DNA of 64,000 nucleotides from Chloroflexota bacterium. GTDB taxonomy: Bacteria; Chloroflexota; UBA11872; VXOZ01. The notes beneath the pieces were generated by a model. That model was not told the DNA's origin. It worked only from the letters and a program-made list of their open reading frames with translations, and ran no database searches. The DNA lies in assembly GCA_963663275.1 (NCBI GenBank), contig OY760183.1, forward strand, positions 3,136,001 through 3,200,000, read 5' to 3'. Of the stretch, positions 18,801 to 28,126 are shown one piece after another. A program made the position numbers and the translations under genes. Positions within the stretch are counted from its first letter, which is position 1, and each line of letters starts with the position of its first letter.

Positions 18801-19724
18801 TCACCTAATTCTTGCGTCCAGTTCTTTCGCCAATCGGCCAAGCGTTTCTATGTTTATGCGCAATCGATCTGTTTCCAACGGGAGAATTCGACCCACCATG
18901 TGGGCAACTGCTGGCTGTTTAGCGGCAAATCGATTATCCACAACTCCCGCATTGTGGTTATATATGTGTCGGGCTTGAAAGAACCACTTCAATTCCTCCC
19001 AGGCATTCACTCCGACAAGCTCTTTGATGCGAGGAATGTCCATCACCTGCAACTCCGCGTCAAGCGCCTCAATGGCCTGAAACAGATTGCTCCTGGCTTT
19101 GGAACGGAAGCCAGTGCGCCGGGAGCGCAGGGCCTTGCCGAAGGCGTCGAAGGCGCCGACTGCTCCAACGAGTGCATCCCGGAGAAAGTCGCTCTTGAGG
19201 TCGTCGTCGAGGTTTTGGTCTTGCGACAGTTTCAGCTTCTTCTTTGCAGTTTCAAGAGAAGCCAGACAGACGCTTAGCGCATTGAGTTGCCCACAATCTG
19301 GGCAAGTACTGAAGACTCCATAGATGGCGAATTCCAATCCACACTGATCGCAGCTAATTTCTGTTTCAAGCTGCTCTTCCATGTACTCGTGAGGTGGCAT
19401 GATTTCATAACGGACGGAGAAGCCAAAGCGAATAAGACTATCTGGCTGGTTGCGGTTCAATTGCTCAATGTTCTGCGCAAACTCCCTTGCTGCAGGCTCC
19501 ACGATCTCTTTGGCAACTACTGACTTTATGAATTGCAATTGGTCTCTTGTGAAGAATTCAACCATTTCTGCTTCTGTCTCACAGTAAGGACAACGAGTCA
19601 CTTGGATGGGTAGGCCCGTTCCAAGCTTCAATTTGAAGTAGAGACCGCAGTCTTCACTCGGACACTCGCGGCCTATCATCCCTTTGTCATCGGTCTTCAT
19701 CGGGATTTGGATTCCTAGGTTCAA
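18801..19724 (-). CDS. Double Zn-ribbon protein with C-terminal HEPN-like Rx4H motif
   Basis: CPSEDC/CPYC and CDQC/CPDC; QARHIYNHNAG; GGAGG RBS before TTG. Confidence 0.6.
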   Translation of the reverse strand: MNLGIQIPMKTDDKGMIGRECPSEDCGLYFKLKLGTGLPIQVTRCPYCETEAEMVEFFTRDQLQFIKSVVAKEIVEPAAREFAQNIEQLNRNQPDSLIRFGFSVRYEIMPPHEYMEEQLETEISCDQCGLEFAIYGVFSTCPDCGQLNALSVCLASLETAKKKLKLSQDQNLDDDLKSDFLRDALVGAVGAFDAFGKALRSRRTGFRSKARSNLFQAIEALDAELQVMDIPRIKELVGVNAWEELKWFFQARHIYNHNAGVVDNRFAAKQPAVAHMVGRILPLETDRLRINIETLGRLAKELDARIR

Positions 19725-19787
19725 GACTTATCCTCCAACTACAGCCACACTCGCCTCTCAGCAAGGAATTGCTGTTCACTCTTCTAA

Positions 19788-19925
19788 TTATGTTGATCTT
19801 ATAATGAAGGTTTCAGTCTTCAATGTTGTAAGTGGATTGTTGAAAGTCTGTACAGCGTTCAAGGCAGCTTCGCGAGACTTGCTGATCAACTCACGCCAAA
19901 CGGTAGGTCTGCGTGTTCTTGCCAC
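19788..19925 (-). pseudogene. Truncated N-terminus of a DUF3644-like protein
   Basis: Hand translation MARTRRPTVWRELISKSREAALNAVQTFNNPLTTLKTETFIIRST* resembles the KSREAAL.AVQ.FNNP...K.E.FI start of that family. Confidence 0.55.
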
Positions 19926-20004
19926 AACTCTACTTTCATCCCAATTTGCAATTCAGCGCGCTCAACTCTGCAAATGCGGTAGCCAGAACTGTAAATCAAA
20001 TGGT

Positions 20005-20346
20005 TTACTGGTTTGCCCGTGAAAGCTCCTCTGCCAATGCATAAATTCGGCGAGCGATCTCCTCTGCTCTCTTGTAACGCATGTGCGACAGTGTCGCCCC
20101 TATCCTGCCTTCATATCCTTCAACTATCTCGCCCTGAATTAGGGCACGTCGCTTTGCTGGATTCTTGGTGAGGGATTCCTTTATCCAGCCATACTCTTCT
20201 CTTAGATGCTCCGGTAGGTCTGCCATAGAAACCGAATGGAACTCCCGGAAGGCCTCTGCCAAGCGTTCCATTATGTTGCCTCTGCCCGTCGCCAACACGT
20301 AGACGGCCATACTAAGTTTCTCCTCCGCGTAAAGGGAATTACCCAT
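20005..20346 (-). CDS. Hypothetical protein
   Basis: ATG with GGAGG RBS; 113-aa helical ORF. Confidence 0.6.
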   Translation of the reverse strand: MGNSLYAEEKLSMAVYVLATGRGNIMERLAEAFREFHSVSMADLPEHLREEYGWIKESLTKNPAKRRALIQGEIVEGYEGRIGATLSHMRYKRAEEIARRIYALAEELSRANQ

Positions 20347-20476
20347 GTTAGCTCCTCCCAAGCGTGCAATTCCTGGTACGATCTGCCTTCTCCAAGACAT
20401 AGTGTGAAGTGTACTTACAATTATAGCAGGATATCTAGAGTTTGACCCTTGCTCCCCGCCAAAGTATCTTCGGTTT

Positions 20477-20680
20477 CTAAATGACCAACTTCGCGTCTTT
20501 GGGACGGGGTTTGCCGCCGTGGACTGAGGGTTCGGCGCACCATTTGGCGGATAGGCGGCGGACGGCTGTATAGGTTTGTTCGTCGAAGCCTAAGAGGTCG
20601 CAGATGACGCGGCGGTCGAGGAGGGCGCGGTTGGGGTCGGCGTCGGCAAGGTAGGCCGGCTGCAGATCTTTGTTGTGGAA
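20477..20680 (-). pseudogene. Orphan diverged 3'-end copy (67 codons plus stop) of the type IIG RM gene
   Basis: Colinear with 22082-22285; 59/67 aa identical by hand alignment. Confidence 0.85.
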
Positions 20681-20754
20681 AGTAGCGTCACCCCAACACT
20701 AGCTCCGATGAAATCTTGCTCATTGAACTGAACAGTTGGGACTTGAGTGCTCGA

Positions 20755-21942
20755 CTACTCTGACTTCCCCAGTGCAGCGGCGATCTCAATCCCCTTTTGT
20801 GTTATCTCAAATCTCTTGTCCAGCCCATTAGTATATCTGACAAGCCCTCTATCAATCAGGTCAGTCAGAGCCTGTTCCCACTTTGCCTGAGATTCCACAT
20901 CGCCACTCTCCCCAAAGACTCTGCCATTTGTCTGAATTAGTAAGTCTATTGTTGGCCCAGACTTGACAACAAATCGGATTTCGTCTTTGGTTGCTTCTGC
21001 GAGAAGCTGTTTTGCTTCCTCCGAAAGATGCGTGTCCTCACTCTTTTTCAGCTCCAATGCATCTGTAGATTCTGATTGTACTCGTACCACCGATTCAATT
21101 GCAGCCTCAAAGTCTCCCACGCTTTGCTCGTCTATTCCATCCCAATTCACTGGACAACCAGCAGTCTCCAAGCGTCTAGCCAATTCCTGGAGTTGCTCGG
21201 TGCTGCCATCCAGCCGGACGACATGAAGTCCCTCAATGTCGCTGAATCGCCTTAGCCGGCCAAGTTCCACCAGTACCGTTCGTTCATTGTTCCGCCCCAT
21301 CGCCATGCCAGCTTCAAACAGCACGTTTGGTCTGGCTTGGCCTCTAAACTCAGTCTCATAGTCAGGTTCGTTTTCGTTCCACAACTGAGCGTTTAGCCTA
21401 GCTTCATCGTCAGGCGTAAAAAGCACTATCACTGCATGCGCCTGTGAAAAAGCAGCGTCAAGGACTTCACCCACATAGGGAGTCGGTTTGCCTGTGGCCT
21501 GGACGAGTTCGGACCATTCCAGGGGATGAAGTCCAATAGACCTCAGGAAGGCAAAAAGCGCATCGCGGCCCTGCTCATTCCTGCCATGAACAACAAAGAC
21601 ATCGCGAGTGTCACTAGACGGAACTTGTGCTTCTGACAATTCTTCAGGATCCTCATGGCTGCCTCCGGGTGGTCCCACAATGAAGTCATTTGTAACATCG
21701 TTCTCCGCTGGGATTTCCCCGTCATCAAACAAGTGTGCGGAGTCTTGTCCTCCCGCTACCTTCTCTTGGGTTGCCAATATTTGGACCCTGCTGGCTCCAT
21801 GCACATCGATTTCCCTTGCGTTCAGGGTTATCGGAGTACCCTGTTGGTAGGGCTTCAATATGCGTTCTTCGACAAAGTCTTTTGACACATTCAAGGCGTA
21901 ACCATTAGATTGCCAGTGCTTAACACGTACGTGATAGAACAA
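20755..21942 (-). CDS. TIR-like nucleotide-binding domain protein (CAP12/Pycsar-type TIR) with C-terminal wHTH-like region
   Basis: VFVVHGRN, LFTPDDE, QARPNVLFEAGMAMG; TTG start after GGAGGAGG. Confidence 0.8.
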   Translation of the reverse strand: MFYHVRVKHWQSNGYALNVSKDFVEERILKPYQQGTPITLNAREIDVHGASRVQILATQEKVAGGQDSAHLFDDGEIPAENDVTNDFIVGPPGGSHEDPEELSEAQVPSSDTRDVFVVHGRNEQGRDALFAFLRSIGLHPLEWSELVQATGKPTPYVGEVLDAAFSQAHAVIVLFTPDDEARLNAQLWNENEPDYETEFRGQARPNVLFEAGMAMGRNNERTVLVELGRLRRFSDIEGLHVVRLDGSTEQLQELARRLETAGCPVNWDGIDEQSVGDFEAAIESVVRVQSESTDALELKKSEDTHLSEEAKQLLAEATKDEIRFVVKSGPTIDLLIQTNGRVFGESGDVESQAKWEQALTDLIDRGLVRYTNGLDKRFEITQKGIEIAAALGKSE

Positions 21943-22081
21943 CAAAGACCTCCTCCACAATTCAGTATGCCTTTACATCACTGGTCAGCTCGATCAATGG
22001 GCGTTGCTCACGTCTCAATCACTGTTCTCAGTATAGCCCACTAATTTCAGATTTCGCTACACATCGGAATCTACTTGGCCA

Positions 22082-24984
22082 CTACATGACCAGCTTTGCA
22101 CCTTTCGGACGGGGTTTGCCGCCGTGGACGGATGGTTCGGCACACCATTTGGCGGCTAGGCGGCGGACGGCGGTGTAGATGGCTTCGTCGAAACCCAAGA
22201 GGTCACAGATGACGCGGCGGTCGAGGAGGGCGCGGTTGGGGTCGGCGTCGGCGAGGTAGGCGGGTTGTAGGTCTCTATCGCGGAACTCTTCGAAGATGAG
22301 TTCCGCCATGATGAGTTGGTCGTCGCTAAGTGCGCGGAAGTCGAGGACGGGCAGGGATGGGGCGACAAGCCGTGTCATGCTCGCCTTGCTCGATTGCTGT
22401 CGGCTAGAGAGCCACCAATAGGAAAGGAGACCGAGAGTGCAGTTTCCCCAAACTGCAAAGGCGAAGTCAAACGCCTCCTCGTCGAAGATCACGTTGGGCC
22501 AGACTCTGCCACCGATGGCTTTTTCTTGCGTAAACGCTACGGCAAGTGCCTGTGATCCGAACGTAAAGTCTCTGTTCAAGTGGCCGCGACTAGCAGTCGC
22601 CCAAAGTTCGGCCGCTCTCTTCTCCATTCCTTGCTTCACGCGCAACTGTGAATCGGGCTCGCAAGTCAACCTTGTCTCTTTTGGCGCATCGTGGTTGTAG
22701 AGCGATGGGTAAGTGGCCGTAGGACTTGCCGCTTCCTTGGTGAAAGGCCCATTGTGAGTCTTTAGGGTTAACATTGAGTCGTGAACTCCCAACCGACCTA
22801 TCTCGTTTAGAGAGGCTATCGGCAACTCCCGGCAATTCGGTTCTGCGGGAAGCCACAGCTTGCCCGTCGATAAAGAGTGCGCAACCTGCATAACAGAGGC
22901 ATCTAGTATGCGCGCCGCGCCCCATCCGTTTTCGTGACTCTCAATGGTAGCCTCTACCATCTCACCAGCAATTGCGTCACCACAATAAATGGTATCTCCC
23001 CCGTAGGGTCCATCTTCCAGCTTGCGGATTTCCTTACCGGAATGTATCGCCTTAGCCATGTCCTGAGCTTCCGCAAGGTTGCCTGGCCTATGCCGCAAAG
23101 ATATGAAAGTGCCCCTACCGCTTGGCTTTTCATTTGGCGCCAGGCTGCGGCCGATTACCAGGCACTCCGCCATGCCGGTGTCGGACGAAAACGACATGTC
23201 GTGACCGTTGGCGGCAATGCTGACCACGGTGACATCGGTGCATTGCGTCGCTATCAACTTTCTAAACTTGGTCCAGGACGCGCCATTGATAGCGGTAAAC
23301 GGCAAAACGAGCGCAACAACGCTGTTGGGAGCCATCTTTCTAGCAGCGAGAGACCCGAAGGCGGAACCAAGCCCGGCGTGACCGTGGTAGAAGGTGTTCT
23401 TGGCAAGTTGCTTCAATCGCCCTGCCATTTCAGCCTGGTCATCATCAGAAGAGTCGAAAGCGGCAAAGGCGGCATTGAGAACACCGTCTCTCGCGTTATA
23501 GTGCTTGGTATTGCTGGTAAACGGCGGGTTCATTATCACCAAATCAAAACTCTCATCCGGCATATCCACCGTCACTTGCGCCGCGGTTTCCTCACCCACG
23601 CTGCCGGTGCGCAGGGCGGGGTCGCTGGTATTGAAGAGGGTTTGCACGTCGGAGGGTTGCAGGAGTTCCAGGGAGCCGATTTTCACCGTGCCGTCGTCCT
23701 GGCGGCCGTAGGGCATGGTGTAGAGGCGCGAATTGCGGAAGCCGACGGCGGGTTCCACCCCGGAAAGCGTGGAGCCGGTGATGTGGATGGCCGAGGGCAT
23801 GACGTCGCAGCCGTAGAGCACTTCTTCCATCATGGCCTGGTGCAGGGCGGCGGGATTGCCGCCGGCGCGCTCGTGGCGGGCGGCGACCTGGGCATAGACC
23901 GCCGAGAGCAGCGCGCCGGTGCCGCAGGCGAAATCGCCGACGCGCAGCCGGCCGATGGCCCCGGCGTCCGCCCAATCCACGCCCGGCAACTTGGCCACCG
24001 CCAGCCGCGCCAGCAACGCCGCCGAGGCGGGCAACTATAAAAAGTAGCCAGATACTTGCGGTCGGCAATCAGGCGCTGGAAGATGCGGCCGGTGAGGTCG
24101 TGGGAGTTCTCCACGCCCATGGCGCTGACCTCCTGCGCGGTGTGCCGCAGGCGTCCCAAAATCTGCGCCGCCTCGGCCGCGGGCAAGTGCGCCAGAATGT
24201 CTTTAGCCACGGCAAAGATCGCCCAATAGTTGATCTTCAGTATCTCCCCCCACGCCGCGCCTACCGCGCTCTGCGGATTGGCGACGGCGTCCCCACAGAC
24301 GATCTCCAACGGCTTGATTGCGGCATACATGCCGGCGATGCGCTCGTGAAAAACGAGAGCGTTGGCGATGATGGCACAGGCCATGCGGCGGGTCTGGGGG
24401 ACGTTGCTCATGCCCAATAGACGCGCAATATCCATGGTGACGGCCTGGCGGTTGACGTCCATTTCGTCCAGGATCTGCGCGGCGGCGCTGATGCCTTGTT
24501 CCAGCGTGTCGGTGGCTGCGTCTACGGCGCGCTGGGGCACGGATACTAACCGGATGAGGTCGGCTACGTCCGCGGGCGCGCCGTCCAACCAGCCGGACGC
24601 GGGAAAACGATTGATACCGTCCTTTTCTTCGGTGAACACACAATAAGAAAGCCGCGCCCGGCCTAAGGCGAGCGGCAGGTCGTCGGCGTCGCCTATTTCG
24701 TGCGGGTAGCGCAAGGCGACGGCGGCCTCGATGCGCCGCCCGCCAGCGGCAACCGCCAACCCTAACCGCGATTTGGCCTCTTCCTCAACAGTAGCGGCCG
24801 GTAAATACTCGGCTTCGACGACCACCGGCGCATGGTCCGGCGCGGTGATGAGCAAATCTGGCCGCAACCCGGGCTGCCCAACTATGGCACGAGTATTCTC
24901 CGAGCGCACCCGGCTGCGCGCCATCATGCCCTGCAAGACAGCCTGAAGGGCGTTGTTGACACTGGGTTCGGTCTGGCGCGGCAT
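22082..24984 (-). pseudogene. Type IIG restriction-modification enzyme (REase-N6-MTase-TRD) split by a frameshift near 24035
   Basis: PDLLI..VEAEY nuclease motif; KYLATFY then out-of-frame LPASAALL; DFACGTG motif I; NPPF motif IV. Confidence 0.75.
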
Positions 24985-25094
24985 GGATGTGCCTTTCAGT
25001 GAAGATGGTGTTTGCGGTTTTGGGCGGTGTGGTGGGTTGGCGTTTGGTGTTGCGCGGTTTCGTGAGATGGCGTTTGGTTTTGTGCGCGAAAGAG

Positions 25095-25462
25095 GCGGGG
25101 GACAAGCCCCAATGCTGTCGCATTAAACACAATGAGAGTGAAAACAACGCTCGTTTCTCCGGTAGCGCAGGTTTGTAACCTGCGTCTTCCGTAGGGTCAA
25201 TCCATTTCGTTAGCATTTCTCTTATTCCGGCGGGGGACAAGCCCCCGCGCTACGTTAATGCGACAGTATTGGGGACAAGCCCCCGCGCTACGGCGATTCC
25301 GTGTTCAAGAGGCGGGGGATAAACCCCCGCGCTACGGCTCCTTTGTGCGCGATTGACCCCCTCTCCCTGGGGAGAGGGCCGGGGTGAGGGGACTCTTGGC
25401 GCTGCCAGTTCACCCCCATCCCAACCTTCCCCCCAAAGGGGAAGGGGCAATGCAAAGGTCTA
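25095..25462. repeat. Cluster of REP-like hairpins plus a solo MITE-like end
   Basis: GGGGA(C/T)AA(G/A)CCCCCGCGCTACG at 25230, 25271, 25312 (partial at 25095); GTAGCGCAGGTTTGTAACCTGCG at 25162; 25409-25461 resembles the reverse complement of 50908-50962. Confidence 0.8.
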
Positions 25463-25573
25463 CTTGGAGAAATCCCCTGCACAACTGTACCACGCCGGTG
25501 TAGATGGGTTGCGCGGCGCCGGCGCGGGCTTGCTACAATACGGTCAATACCGTTTTCTCAGTTCTCATCGGCC

Positions 25574-28126
25574 ATGAATGAAGCTACCGCGCGGCTCAAG
25601 ATCAATAAACTGCTGGAGCAAGCCGGCTGGCGATTCTTCCCGGGGGAGAATGGCCCTGCCAACATCCAACTTGAGCACAACGTCGCTCTCGACCGCACGA
25701 AACTAGACTCTCTGGGTGACAACTTCGAGAACACGCGGCGCGGTTTCGTTGACTTTCTCCTGCTGGATGCCAAAGGCTTTCCCCTGGTTGTCCTGGAAGC
25801 CAAGTCCGAAGCGAAAGAACCCTTGGCGGCGAAAGAGCAGGCGCGGCGGTATGCGCGTTCCCTGAACTGCCGGTTCGTCATCCTCTCGAACGGAAACCTG
25901 CACTACTTCTGGGACCTGGAACGGGGCGACCCGCACATCATCACCGCGTTCCCGAGGCCAGAGTCGGTCGCGGGGTACACCAAGGTCGAGCCCAATCCAC
26001 AACGCCTCGTCGACGAACGGGTTCACCACGACTACATCGTCCTCAGCCAGCGACCCCATTACGAATCCGAGGCGGCGTGGATTAACCTGAAAGAGCGCCC
26101 GGGCTTCATAAAGGCCAACAACCTGCGCTTTCTGCGCGCCTACCAACTCCAGGCCGTCCACGCCTTGCAGCGGGCGGTAAGGGATGGCAAAGATCGCTTT
26201 CTCTTCGAAATGGCCACCGGCACGGGCAAGACCCTCACCGCTGCCGCCATTGTCAAGCTCTTCCTGAGCACCCGCAACGCCTCGCGCGTGTTGTTCCTCG
26301 TAGACCGTCTGGAACTTGAAGGGCAAGCCAGCAAGGTCTTCACGGATCTCCTCTCAGCAGACTTCCAGACGGTGATCTACAAGGAGAAGCGCGACGACTG
26401 GCGGTCGGCGGAAATCGTCGTCACCACGGTCCAGTCGCTGCTTTTCAACAGCAAGTACCAGCATCTCTTCTCACCGACCGACTTCGATCTGGTAATCTCC
26501 GATGAAGCGCACCGTTCCATCAGCGGCAACGCGCGCGCCGTGTTCGAATATTTCGTTGGCTACAAGCTCGGCCTCACCGCCACGCCGCGCGACTACCTGC
26601 GCGGCACAAAGGGTAGCGGCCCCATTGCGCGCGACCCGCGTGAGGTGGAGCGCCGTTTGCTGGAGGACACCTACCGCACCTTCGGCTGCGCGAGCGGGCA
26701 GCCCACCTTCCGCTACTCGCTGCTCGACGGGGTGCGGGACCGCTATCTCATCAACCCCACCGTCGTGGACGCCCGCACTGAGGTAACGACCCAATTGCTG
26801 GCGGATGACGGCTTCGTCGTTGCCGTCACGGACGATACCGGCGATGAGCACGAGGAGTCGTACAAGCAGCGTGAGTTTGAGAAGCGCTTCTTCTCCGCGG
26901 CGACGAACCAGGTCTTTTGCAAGACGTTTCTGGAGAATGCGCTGCGGGACCCGGTCAGCGGCGAGATTGGCAAGTCCATCGTCTTTGCCGTCAGCCAGCG
27001 CCACGCCGCCAGGCTGACCCAGACCCTCAACCAGATGGCAACGCGCATGTACCCCGGCAAGTACCAATCCGACTTTGCCGTTCAGGTCACCTCGCACGTG
27101 CAAGACGCGCAGCAGTTCACCAGCAGATTTGCCAACAACAACCTGATGGGCTCCGGCAACTTCCTGCCCGCCTACCGCACCAGCAAAGCGCGGGTCTGCG
27201 TCACTGTCGGCATGATGACCACCGGCTACGACTGCACCGACATCCTCAACCTCGGCCTCTTCCGGCCCATCTTCTCGCCCACGGACTTCGTGCAGATCAA
27301 GGGACGGGGCACGCGCAGGCACAACTTCCTCGATGAAGTTCACGCTCACGGCGCAGCGGAGCGCGTGGAACACCCGGAGAAGACCACTTTCAAGCTCTTC
27401 GACTTCTTCGGCAATTGCGAATACTTCGAGACCGAATTCAACTATGATGAAGTTCTCACGCTGCCCAGGCCGCAGTCCTCATCAGGGGAAGCGGGCGGAG
27501 GAGCGGGGCAGCCAGCGCGGTTCGACGGCGCCTACCAACACCTCGGCGCGGACATTCTCGCAACCATCAAAGAAGAGCCGGTCGGCTACGAAGGCATGAA
27601 GATCGACCGCATGTTGTTCGACCGTTTTGCCGACACCGTGCGTGCGGATGAAGTCGTCACGGAGGCGGTCGAAACCAGGCAATGGGACCGCGCCATCGAC
27701 CACGTCCACCGGGAGATCTTCGACAAGCCTGAGGACTTCATCAACCTCAAGAAGCTACGGCAAGCGGCCGGCGTCGACCGCCGCGTAACCCTGCGTGAAT
27801 TTCTCGAATGGGTTTTCGACCTCATTCCCAACATCAAGTCTAAAGACGAGTTGCTGGAAGAGGAATTTGCCAGGTTCGTCAGCGACCACAAGCCCGATGA
27901 GGCCCGGTACATCCCCGTCATCAAGGCGTTCTTCAAGGCCTACGTTACCAGCGACCTCACGCGCCACAGCGTTGACGCCGGCAAGCTCACGGATCTGGCT
28001 ACGAACCCCATCTTCTCTCTTAAGGATTACCGCTCGGTACCCAGAAAGTATCGGGGCTTGGTGCCGGAATATGTCAAAGATTATGTCTCGTTGAACCGGT
28101 TTGAGGACTACGAATCGTCATGCTAG
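25574..28126 (+). CDS. hsdR: Type I restriction enzyme R subunit (EcoAI-like)
   Basis: VDFLL..LEAK nuclease, MATGTGKT, DEAHRS, GLTATP, MMTTGYD, QIKGRGTR. Confidence 0.88.
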   Translation: MNEATARLKINKLLEQAGWRFFPGENGPANIQLEHNVALDRTKLDSLGDNFENTRRGFVDFLLLDAKGFPLVVLEAKSEAKEPLAAKEQARRYARSLNCRFVILSNGNLHYFWDLERGDPHIITAFPRPESVAGYTKVEPNPQRLVDERVHHDYIVLSQRPHYESEAAWINLKERPGFIKANNLRFLRAYQLQAVHALQRAVRDGKDRFLFEMATGTGKTLTAAAIVKLFLSTRNASRVLFLVDRLELEGQASKVFTDLLSADFQTVIYKEKRDDWRSAEIVVTTVQSLLFNSKYQHLFSPTDFDLVISDEAHRSISGNARAVFEYFVGYKLGLTATPRDYLRGTKGSGPIARDPREVERRLLEDTYRTFGCASGQPTFRYSLLDGVRDRYLINPTVVDARTEVTTQLLADDGFVVAVTDDTGDEHEESYKQREFEKRFFSAATNQVFCKTFLENALRDPVSGEIGKSIVFAVSQRHAARLTQTLNQMATRMYPGKYQSDFAVQVTSHVQDAQQFTSRFANNNLMGSGNFLPAYRTSKARVCVTVGMMTTGYDCTDILNLGLFRPIFSPTDFVQIKGRGTRRHNFLDEVHAHGAAERVEHPEKTTFKLFDFFGNCEYFETEFNYDEVLTLPRPQSSSGEAGGGAGQPARFDGAYQHLGADILATIKEEPVGYEGMKIDRMLFDRFADTVRADEVVTEAVETRQWDRAIDHVHREIFDKPEDFINLKKLRQAAGVDRRVTLREFLEWVFDLIPNIKSKDELLEEEFARFVSDHKPDEARYIPVIKAFFKAYVTSDLTRHSVDAGKLTDLATNPIFSLKDYRSVPRKYRGLVPEYVKDYVSLNRFEDYESSC

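Noticed and set aside
24039-24043. Phase variation at the T5 tract near the RM frameshift
   Set aside because: Adding a T creates an immediate TAG (TTT TTA TAG), and the tract is too short.
25230-25336. Three ~22-25-bp direct repeats with unique spacers, CRISPR-like
   Set aside because: Spacers are only 16-19 bp, the repeat is a GTAG-type REP also found singly (41, 37422), and no cas genes are present.
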